A stretch of DNA of 51,129 nucleotides, from the NCBI GenBank assembly GCA_945836055.1, contig CAMAKJ010000001.1, positions 1 to 51,129 on the forward strand, given 5' to 3'. This DNA comes from an uncultured Clostridia bacterium (lineage in GTDB: Bacteria; Bacillota; Clostridia; Oscillospirales; Oscillospiraceae). The notes beneath the pieces are model-generated. The model was given only the letters and a program-made list of their open reading frames with translations, did no database searches and had not been told where the DNA came from. Made by a program: the position numbers and the translations under genes. Each line of letters begins with the position of its first letter. The first letter of the stretch is position 1. This document shows positions 17,559 to 24,534 of the stretch, one piece after another.

Positions 17559-19304
17559 TTATTTCAGGCTGTATTTCTGGGCGTAGGCCCTGTAGGCGTC
17601 GCCGAAATCCTCGTTCTCCATCCGGGCGGAGCGGAGGGCTTCATGGGTGTTCAGATCGTGGTTATGCAGATCGATAATGCAGCCGGCAATGTTGGAGCAG
17701 TGATCGCCCACCCGCTCCAGGGCGGTGAGCAGATCCGACCAGACAAAGCCGGACTCGATGCTGCAGCTGCCCTGCTGCAGCCGCAGGATGTGATGAATCC
17801 GCAGCTTTTCCTTCAGATCGTCAATGACCTGCTCCAGCGGCTCCACACGCCGGGCCATTTCCAGGTCATCGTTCCGGAACGCCCGGAAGGACAGGCTCAC
17901 GATATCCTCTACGGCCTGAATCAGAACGGAAAGCTCATGCTTCGCGGCATCGGTGAGAACCAGGCTCTTGCTCCTGAATTCCTCGGCGGATTCCACCAGA
18001 TTCAGGGCGTGGTCGCCGATGCGCTCAAAGTCGTTAAGGGCTTTCAGCAGCATAGCCGCCTCGCTGCTGTCGTCTTCACTGATCTGCAGGGTACTGAGCT
18101 TGACCAGATAGGTGCCCAGGATATCCTCGTAATGATCGGTTTTGCTCTCACCCTCCCGAACTGCCTGGGCAAGCTCCGGGGTGTAGTTCAGCAGGGAGGC
18201 CGCGCCGCTGCGCAGGGTGGCCTCCGCGGTGTCGGCCATTTCACCGGTAAGTCTGCGGCAGCGCTCCAGGGCGATGGAGGGGGTGGTGAGCAGACGCTCG
18301 TCCAGCTCGCTGACGGTTTCCGGACTCTTGGCGTCGGGGACGATTTTACACACCAGCTTCTCAAGAAGACTGCCGGAGGGCAGCATCAGGGCGGTGCAGA
18401 TGACGTTGAAGACGGTGTGGCAGACGGCGATCCCCAGGTGGGTGGCGCTTTCCCCCAGGATGGCAGGGGAGAACAGGCTGCTGACCAGCATAAACAGAAC
18501 CAGGCACACGGCGGTGCCGATGATGTTGAACATCAGGTGGACAACAGCGGCGCGCTTCGCGTTCTTGGTGGTGCCCACGGAGGACAGCATGGCGGTGACG
18601 CAGGTGCCGATGTTCTGACCCATAATAATGGGAATGGCTGCGGCATAGCTCACGGAGCCGGTGGAGGACAGCGCCTGCAAAATGCCCACGGAGGCCGAAG
18701 AGGACTGGATAATCGCCGTCAGAACCGCGCCGGCGATGACGCCCAGCACGGGATTGGTGAACAGCAGGAACAGCTGCTGGAACTCGGGAACGCTTTTGAG
18801 GCCGCTGACCGCGCCGGACATGGTTTCCATGCCGAACATCAGCGTGGCAAAGCCCAGCAGGATCATGCCGGTGTCCTTCTTTTTGCTGTCCTTGAGGAAC
18901 ATATAATAGACAATGCCCACCAGCGCCAGAACGGGGGTGAAGGAGCTGGGCTTCAGGAGGCGGACGAACACGTTGCCGCTTTCAATGCCGCTGAGGCTCA
19001 GAATCCAGGCGGTGACGGTGGTGCCCACGTTGGCACCCATGATGACGTTGATGGCCTGCCCCAGGGTCAGAAGCCCGGAGTTGACAAAGCCTACCACCAT
19101 GACAGTGGTGGCGGAGGAGGACTGAATCACGGCGGTGACGGCGAGGCCCGTGAGGAAGCCCACAATGCGGTTGGTGGTGAGCTTGCTGAGCAAGGTGCGC
19201 AGGGACGCGCCGGCCCGCCGTTCCAGCGCGTCACCCATGATGTTCATGCCGAACAGGAACAGGCACAGGCCGCCCACCAGGGTGAGGATATTAAATATGT
19301 CCAT
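17559..19304 (-). CDS. Na+/Pi cotransporter family protein with C-terminal PhoU repeats
   Basis: Two QSSSA repeats, GANVGTT and GQNIGTC, DFERIGDHA and LERVGDHC. Confidence 0.95.
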   Translation of the reverse strand: MDIFNILTLVGGLCLFLFGMNIMGDALERRAGASLRTLLSKLTTNRIVGFLTGLAVTAVIQSSSATTVMVVGFVNSGLLTLGQAINVIMGANVGTTVTAWILSLSGIESGNVFVRLLKPSSFTPVLALVGIVYYMFLKDSKKKDTGMILLGFATLMFGMETMSGAVSGLKSVPEFQQLFLLFTNPVLGVIAGAVLTAIIQSSSASVGILQALSSTGSVSYAAAIPIIMGQNIGTCVTAMLSSVGTTKNAKRAAVVHLMFNIIGTAVCLVLFMLVSSLFSPAILGESATHLGIAVCHTVFNVICTALMLPSGSLLEKLVCKIVPDAKSPETVSELDERLLTTPSIALERCRRLTGEMADTAEATLRSGAASLLNYTPELAQAVREGESKTDHYEDILGTYLVKLSTLQISEDDSSEAAMLLKALNDFERIGDHALNLVESAEEFRSKSLVLTDAAKHELSVLIQAVEDIVSLSFRAFRNDDLEMARRVEPLEQVIDDLKEKLRIHHILRLQQGSCSIESGFVWSDLLTALERVGDHCSNIAGCIIDLHNHDLNTHEALRSARMENEDFGDAYRAYAQKYSLK

Positions 19305-19431
19305 AAAATTCAACCTTTCCCATGTTTTCTTCAATTTTATCAGGAAAAGGTCAAATCCATTACCGGCGGAATGTAAAATCTGCGTAAAGGAAGGGCGAAG
19401 CCGCAGCGGAGGACCCGTTATCCGGAACGGT

Positions 19432-20427
19432 TCAGGCCAGAAGAAGACCCAGCAGCCTGTCGTCGGTGAAGGCGGGGTGGGAATAGGCCGCGTCGAGGAT
19501 GGCGTCCACATTGTCGGCGTCGTTTTCGATTTCCTTGGAAAACAGCTGCGCCGTGGAGACAATATCGCCGCCCAGCGTTTTGATGAGCAGACAGGAGACT
19601 GTGATGAATTTCACCCGGCAGTACAGGTCGTAATCGGAGACGGCCTGCAGCCAGTAGCGCCGGATCAGATACCGCGCCAGCGCCCGGTGGCCGTCCGCCC
19701 AGCGTGCCGGCCTGGGACTGCGGAGCATGGCTTCCCACCGGGGCGTCAGCAGCTCAAGCTGTAGGAAAAAGTCCAAAAGCGCAGATGGGGTTCCGGGCCG
19801 TGCCAGCTCCCGGGCTTCTGACAGCGCCGCGGCGGTGTCAAAGGGCACCGTTTCTCCGCCGTCCAGCTCCGACTGGGCCTGGCAGCCGTAGAGCAGCACC
19901 AGAGCCAGGGCCTCTCCTACGGGGATGGCTCTCTCTGATATAATGGTAAGCGCAGTTTCCCGGGAGGCTTTCAGCAACCCCATAGTTTCCCGGTCATAGG
20001 CAGGTACTCCGCTGCCCGGACGCTGCCTGGCAATCAGGGGGCCATACGGGGCGCTGAGAATCCACTTCGCCGCCTCCGGGCAGCTCAGCTCCAGACCCAA
20101 CTCAACAAAGTCGCCGTAGTCGTGGGTCAGCCGGGGGAAGTCCCGGCAGGTTCTGCACAGGGCGGATTCTCCCAGCTCCGATTGAATCCGGCACAGGCCG
20201 TCCTCGCGCCACATGGGGCAGCGCCCGTCGACGAGGGTCATGACGGTATCGCCATCCTCTGTGCGCAGAACCTCCCGGAGCCGGTCCCCCAGCGCGCCGG
20301 GAAGGGACCGGTAGTACGCGGCGGCATCAGCGTCCACCTGAACCTCCCATTGCTGGCAGCAGCTGTCCGGGCAAAGTCCGGCGGCACAGCGGAAACGGTC
20401 ATAGTAGTCCGGCTTATAAATCCACAT
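19432..20427 (-). CDS. FliB-like (flagellin lysine-N-methylase family) Cys-rich protein
   Basis: PDYYDRFRCAAGLCPDSCCQQW, CPMW...GLCRIQ, LCRTCRDFPR, LSCPEAA. Confidence 0.85.
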   Translation of the reverse strand: MWIYKPDYYDRFRCAAGLCPDSCCQQWEVQVDADAAAYYRSLPGALGDRLREVLRTEDGDTVMTLVDGRCPMWREDGLCRIQSELGESALCRTCRDFPRLTHDYGDFVELGLELSCPEAAKWILSAPYGPLIARQRPGSGVPAYDRETMGLLKASRETALTIISERAIPVGEALALVLLYGCQAQSELDGGETVPFDTAAALSEARELARPGTPSALLDFFLQLELLTPRWEAMLRSPRPARWADGHRALARYLIRRYWLQAVSDYDLYCRVKFITVSCLLIKTLGGDIVSTAQLFSKEIENDADNVDAILDAAYSHPAFTDDRLLGLLLA

Positions 20428-20484
20428 AAATTGCCTCCATATTCCAGGAAAAGAGCGCATACACACGGTATGCGCTCCGGAAAA

Positions 20485-21036
20485 TCAGAAATTGGGACGG
20501 ATGGTGTTCATCAGGGACGACGCGTCCTGCAGCGCCTGCTTGCTGGCGCTGACGGCCATCTGCAGCTGGGTCAGCTGGGACATAGCGTCGTCGGCCTTGG
20601 CGGTGATTTCGGCGGTGGTGGCGTCCACTCTGGCAATGGCCTCGCTCAGCACGGCGCTGGCCTGATGGTACACAAGCTCCGCCCGCTCCCGGGCGTTCCG
20701 CTCGATGCGATCGGCCCAGCGGTAGGCGTCCAGAGCGTCGGAACTGTCGGCGGGAGCGGCAGCTTCCTCCGCTTCCGGCGCAGGAGACTGCAGCTTCTCC
20801 AGCTGTGCGCGAAGGGCATCCCGCTCCTCCGTGACGGCGGCGAGCCGGGTGTCCGCTTCCGGATCCCTGAGAGGGAGCGCCTGCAGGTGCGACAGCTGCT
20901 GACGCAGCTGCTCCGCCTCAGCGTTGAGTTCGTTTACCTGCTCCTGGTGCTTTGCGTTGATGTATTCCAAATACCGAACCACGTCCTCCCGGTTGAAGCC
21001 GTTGAACGCGGAGCGGAAATTCTGAGGTGCAGCCAT
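20485..21036 (-). CDS. DivIVA-domain coiled-coil protein
   Basis: FRSAFNGFNREDVVRYLE N-terminus followed by coiled coil. Confidence 0.75.
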   Translation of the reverse strand: MAAPQNFRSAFNGFNREDVVRYLEYINAKHQEQVNELNAEAEQLRQQLSHLQALPLRDPEADTRLAAVTEERDALRAQLEKLQSPAPEAEEAAAPADSSDALDAYRWADRIERNARERAELVYHQASAVLSEAIARVDATTAEITAKADDAMSQLTQLQMAVSASKQALQDASSLMNTIRPNF

Positions 21037-21161
21037 AAAAATCCTCCCTTTATGTGTGGAAATAAAGCAATTTTTGAAATTATACCATAGATACACCGGA
21101 AAAACAACCGCTTTCAACCCTGTCGGACAGGAAAACCGCAAAAATTTTTTTGCTGTCCCTC

Positions 21162-21190
21162 TTTACAAAGGGGGAAAAGACTGCTATAAT
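21162..21190 (+). promoter_or_regulatory. Sigma-A promoter of the tRNA
   Basis: TTTACA-17 nt-TATAAT with TG extension. Confidence 0.75.
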
Positions 21191-21206
21191 ACATAGGCTG
21201 TCAGAT

Positions 21207-21282
21207 GCGCCAGTGGCTCAATGGATAGAGCATCGGATTCCGGTTCCGAGGGTTGGGGGTTCGAGTCCCTTCTGGCGTACCA
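21207..21282 (+). tRNA. tRNA-Arg(CCG)
   Basis: Acceptor gcgccag/ctggcgt plus ACCA, anticodon arm tcgga-ttCCGgt-tccga, T-loop GGTTCGAGTCC. Confidence 0.96.
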
Positions 21283-21283
21283 T

Positions 21284-21328
21284 AACGAGTGTTCTTATAG
21301 GATTTGATATCCTGTGAGAACACTCGTT
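21284..21328. terminator. Long hairpin at the islet left end
   Basis: aacgagtgttcttataggat-ttgat-atcctgtgagaacactcgtt. Confidence 0.8.
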
Positions 21329-21331
21329 GTT

Positions 21332-21640
21332 TTATTGCTCATTTTGGGCCGGTTCGTAGGTGACATATACACCTCTGCGGGTATTGACCGTCACATCCGG
21401 GACAGGCAGGGAATCGGTATCCGGGATGAACAGGGCACCGATGCAGTTGTAGTGGATGGTCAGTTTCTGAATCCATTCCCAGTCGATCTTCTCGGCCTGA
21501 TAGACCTCAATGTGATCGATCAGCTCATTCACCATCCTGGGTGTCAGCTTCTTCGCCCGTGTGTATTTTCGCACAGTGGAAAGAAACATATCCGTGGAAA
21601 CCGCTTCGCTGCTGAGCTTGTCCAGCTCTTTGCGGAGCCC
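21332..21640 (-). pseudogene. C-terminal remnant (DUF4368-like) of a TnpX-type large serine recombinase
   Basis: GLRKELDKL...DMFLSTVRKYTRAKKLTPRMVNELIDHIEVYQAEK...QKLTIHYNCIG; no catalytic domain. Confidence 0.8.
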
Positions 21641-21803
21641 GGTGACAGGCTTTTGGGCAGAGAAAACGTCGTCGATGCAAGCAACTCACTCACACCGACG
21701 GCTATTTGAAACCTCAGGACATTCTGTGAAATTGGCAAATGGGGTATTTGTAATCAGCGTCAACTGTGGATCGCTGTGAATGTGGAAAATACTCATATTT
21801 TAC

Positions 21804-21850
21804 TTGACAAACAATTTAGAATGATTATAATATAATTAAAATAATTCTAA
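21804..21850 (+). promoter_or_regulatory. Sigma-A promoter overlapped by two Per boxes
   Basis: TTGACA(21804)-16 nt-TATAAT(21826); TTAGAATGATTATAA at 21816-21830 and TTAAAATAATTCTAA at 21836-21850 versus consensus TTATAATnATTATAA. Confidence 0.85.
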
Positions 21851-21873
21851 AAACGAATGGGAGGGATGCTTCC

Positions 21874-22269
21874 ATGACAAAATACGAAAGAGCAATTTAT
21901 AATATCGTACGAATGTCCCGTGAGCATCTGACTGTTCGCCAGATTTTTGAAAGGCTGAAAATGGACCATCCGAAGGTGGTCCTGGCGACCGTGTATAACA
22001 ACCTCAATAAAATGTGGGAATCCGGTCTGATCCGGAAGGTTTCCGTGGAAGGAATGCCGGACCGGTACGATATTCTCCAGAAGCACGATCACCTGGTTTG
22101 TAAGCGCTGTGGAAAGATACTGGATGTTTCCTTTGAGGACTTGACCGCGCCTCTGCGCAGCCAGCTCGGGCAGGACTTTTTGTTCTACGATCTGAAGGTG
22201 TACTACCTGTGCCCGGAATGCGGGGAGAAGGAAAAAACATCGGAGGAAGCACCCGGTCAATCAATATGA
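21874..22269 (+). CDS. perR: Fur-family repressor, PerR type
   Basis: HLT, ATVYNNL, DRYD, HDHLVCKRC, KILD (Asp in the PerR D104-equivalent position), CPEC. Confidence 0.8.
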   Translation: MTKYERAIYNIVRMSREHLTVRQIFERLKMDHPKVVLATVYNNLNKMWESGLIRKVSVEGMPDRYDILQKHDHLVCKRCGKILDVSFEDLTAPLRSQLGQDFLFYDLKVYYLCPECGEKEKTSEEAPGQSI

Positions 22270-22286
22270 AATAGGAGGAAAATTGT

Positions 22287-23024
22287 ATGTTAACAGGAAA
22301 AACGGCAGTTGTAACCGGCGGAACCAGAGGAATCGGCTTCGCCATTGCGAAGAAGTTTCTGGAAAACGGCGCCAATGTAGCCATTGCCGGGTCCCGGCAG
22401 GAGTCTGTGGATAAAGCCCTGGCGAAGCTGCCGGAGTACGCGGGTCGGGTTATGGGCATCTGGCCGGACATTTGCTCTCCTGAGGAGGTAGCGGCAGCCT
22501 TTGCTTCCGTTAAGGAGAAGTTTGGCAGCCTGGATATCCTGGCCAACAATGCGGGCATTTCTTCCAGAACCAGCCTGTATGACTACACTATTGAGGAATT
22601 CTCCAAGATCATGGATCTGAATGTGAAGGCTGTGTTTGTCTGCACCCAGGCCGCGGCCAGGATCATGAAGGCGCAGGGCGGCGGCGTCATCGTCAATACC
22701 AGTTCCATGGTCGGTGAGTACGGCCAGCCCTCTGGCTGCGGCTATCCCGCCTCCAAGTACGCGGTGAACGGCCTTACCCGGTCTCTTGCCAGAGAACTGG
22801 CCAAGGACAACATCCGTGTCAACGCCGTGGCTCCCGGTGTCACCAGAACCGACATGGTGGCGGCTCTGCCCCAGGAGCTAGTGGACCGGATTTCCGCCGG
22901 AATTCCCCTTGGCCGGGTAGGCGAGCCTCTGGACATCGCCAACGCGTACCTGTATCTGTCCAGTGATCTGGCAAGCTATGTGACCGGCGTTACCCTCCGG
23001 GTAGACGGTGCGGCCATGACCTGA
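22287..23024 (+). CDS. SDR oxidoreductase, probable bile-acid 3alpha-hydroxysteroid dehydrogenase (BaiA-like)
   Basis: TGGTRGIG, NNAG, catalytic S and YPASK. SDR family is certain; specificity inferred from recalled similarity to clostridial 3alpha-HSDHs (GQPSGCGYPASK, DMVAALP, VDGAA). Confidence 0.75.
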   Translation: MLTGKTAVVTGGTRGIGFAIAKKFLENGANVAIAGSRQESVDKALAKLPEYAGRVMGIWPDICSPEEVAAAFASVKEKFGSLDILANNAGISSRTSLYDYTIEEFSKIMDLNVKAVFVCTQAAARIMKAQGGGVIVNTSSMVGEYGQPSGCGYPASKYAVNGLTRSLARELAKDNIRVNAVAPGVTRTDMVAALPQELVDRISAGIPLGRVGEPLDIANAYLYLSSDLASYVTGVTLRVDGAAMT

Positions 23025-23040
23025 TAAGGGGGCGCAGAAT

Positions 23041-23652
23041 ATGGACAAGAAAGCAATGTACAACCTGAGCTACGGCCTGTTTGTGCTGACCGCCCGCCAG
23101 GGAGATAAGGACAACGGCTGTATCATCAACACCGCGGGGCAGGTGACCTCTACCCCCAACCGGATTAGCATCACGGTGAATAAGGATAACTTTACCCATG
23201 ATATGATCCGGGAGACCGGCAGATTCAACATTTCCATTCTGAGCGAAAAAGCGGATTTTTCCCTGTTCCGGCACTTTGGCTTCCAGTCCGGCAGGACGGT
23301 TGACAAATTCGTGGACTATTCCGCCTGTGAACGCAGCGCCAACGGCCTGTATTATATCACGGAGGGAACCAACTCCTATATCAGTGCCAGGGTGGAGCAG
23401 ACCATTGACTTGGGAACCCACACCATGTTTATCGCCGCCGTGGAGGATATGGAGGTCCTCTCCCCGGAGCCTTCCGCGACCTACGCCTATTATCAGTCCT
23501 CCATCAAGCCGAAGCCTGAGAAGAAGGCCGGAAAGACGGTCTGGCGCTGCACCGTGTGCGGCTATGTCTATGAAGGCGAGGAGCTGCCGGCGGACTTTGT
23601 CTGTCCGCTGTGCAAGCACCCGGCTTCGGATTTCGAAAAGGTCAGCGGCTGA
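23041..23652 (+). CDS. Flavin reductase-rubredoxin fusion (Hrb, high-molecular-weight rubredoxin type)
   Basis: LSYGLFVLT...DNGCIINT, FGFQSGR, GTHTMFI, then WRCTVCGYVY...DFVCPLC. Confidence 0.9.
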   Translation: MDKKAMYNLSYGLFVLTARQGDKDNGCIINTAGQVTSTPNRISITVNKDNFTHDMIRETGRFNISILSEKADFSLFRHFGFQSGRTVDKFVDYSACERSANGLYYITEGTNSYISARVEQTIDLGTHTMFIAAVEDMEVLSPEPSATYAYYQSSIKPKPEKKAGKTVWRCTVCGYVYEGEELPADFVCPLCKHPASDFEKVSG

Positions 23653-23663
23653 CCCGGTTCTGC

Positions 23664-23704
23664 AAAAAATCTGCCTCCTGGAATTTCCGGGAGGCGAATT
23701 TTTT
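23664..23704. terminator. Bidirectional terminator between hrb and the thioredoxin relic
   Basis: aaaaaat-ctgcctcctgga-att-tccgggaggc-gaatttttt. Confidence 0.75.
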
Positions 23705-23705
23705 G

Positions 23706-23855
23706 TTACAGCATAGCCAGAATGGCACTCTTGGGTCTGGCGCCTACGGCCTGGGCGACCACTTGGCCGTCCTGCATCACCACCAAGGTGGGGATGCTTA
23801 TGATCCGGAACTGACTGGCCAGCTCCGGCTCCTTGCCCACAATGGGGCTGAGCAA
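23706..23855 (-). pseudogene. Thioredoxin remnant (absent from the ORF track)
   Basis: Minus strand reads LLSPIVGKEPELASQFRIISIPTLVVMQDGQVVAQAVGARPKSAILAML*: SIPT cis-Pro loop and G-ARPK tail of TrxA, with WCGPC and the N-terminus missing. Confidence 0.8.
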
Positions 23856-23865
23856 GCAGTCTCAC

Positions 23866-24072
23866 AGCCAGCGGCTGATCGATACTTTCGTCAATCGTAT
23901 TTATCTCTACGATGACAAGCTGATCATCACCTTCAACCACAAGGATGGCGCCCAAACCATCACGCTGGGTGACATAGAAACCGCTCTTGCTGAACAGGAA
24001 AACGGTTCGGATTTGGTTGGCTCCGCTGTACCAAAAAATGGGAAACACCGCATGATGTTTCCTATTTTTTGA
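23866..24072 (+). pseudogene. C-terminal remnant of a second serine recombinase reading across the att site
   Basis: SQRLIDTFVNRIYLYDDKLIITFNHKDG...GSDLVGSAVP; the VP codons are the GTACCA repeat. Confidence 0.75.
24033..24070 (+). terminator. Probable original tRNA terminator displaced by the islet
   Basis: aaaaatgggaaaca-ccgcatga-tgtttcctatttttt immediately after GTACCA. Confidence 0.65.
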
Positions 24073-24082
24073 TACTCCAGGT

Positions 24083-24150
24083 GGGACTCGAAAGGGCGGC
24101 CTTGCCGAAGGCAAGGTAACAAAGTGTCCACCGGACACTTTGTTGGCCCG
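24083..24150. repeat. Small branched palindromic element beginning with an anti-T-arm sequence
   Basis: GGGACTCGAA is the reverse complement of tRNA 21260-21269; hairpins at 24100-24116 and 24118-24144 are enclosed by gggc/gccc. Confidence 0.55.
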
Positions 24151-24248
24151 TAGGAGCACGCCCCATGCTTTATGGACGGGATTTCAAGGACGGCCTGAGC
24201 GAAGACGTGAACAATCCTTCCCTGCAGCCCCAATTCCTGTTTTGGGTG

Positions 24249-24278
24249 TTGACAAAACGGCCTTTTTCGGGGTATAAT
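24249..24278 (+). promoter_or_regulatory. Sigma-A promoter of metG
   Basis: TTGACA-18 nt-TATAAT. Confidence 0.8.
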
Positions 24279-24293
24279 AACCCAACATAACGA

Positions 24294-24517
24294 GAAAAGC
24301 TGAGAAGAGAAGAGTACGCTTTCTTTCCCGTTCAGAGAGCCCCGGAAGGTGCGAGGGGGTACGGCGAGGGGGGCGGAACATGGCCTCGGAGCTGAACCGT
24401 CGATATTCAGGCGGTTCCGGGTACGCCCGTTACCGCGCCACGAGGCAGCGTCTGCTGCGAAACAAGGTGGTACCGCGTCAATTCTGTCGCCCTTGGGTTG
24501 CCCAGGGGCGATTTTTC
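24294..24517 (+). promoter_or_regulatory. Met-specific T-box riboswitch
   Basis: AGAGA and GGTGnGA stem I motifs, specifier ATG at 24380-24382, T-box AAACAAGGTGGTACCGCG at 24460-24477, terminator at 24487-24517. Confidence 0.93.
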
Positions 24518-24534
24518 ATTTAGGAGGATCTGTC

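Larger units (their letters stand above)
21283..24033. mobile_element. Decayed integrated islet at the tRNA-Arg 3' end
   Basis: Serine-recombinase C-terminal remnants at both ends; GTACCA at the tRNA end (21277-21282) recurs at 24028-24033 and is followed by a terminator-like hairpin. Confidence 0.75.

Noticed and set aside
22287-23024. Calling the SDR fabG
   Set aside because: No fab genes nearby, it lies in an islet, and GCGYPASK differs from the FabG-type GQxNYAASK.
24004-24033. Second tRNA or long attR copy (GGTTCG...GTACCA)
   Set aside because: No cloverleaf, and the spacing differs from the tRNA (30 versus 25 nt); only the 6-bp end is shared.
24349-24534. N-terminal extensions in the ORF track for metG (and for Na/Pi, pyrC, pyrE, hisG, ilvE, degV, GNAT)
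   Set aside because: They run through T-box, promoter or neighbouring-gene sequence; downstream starts have proper SDs and family-typical N-termini.
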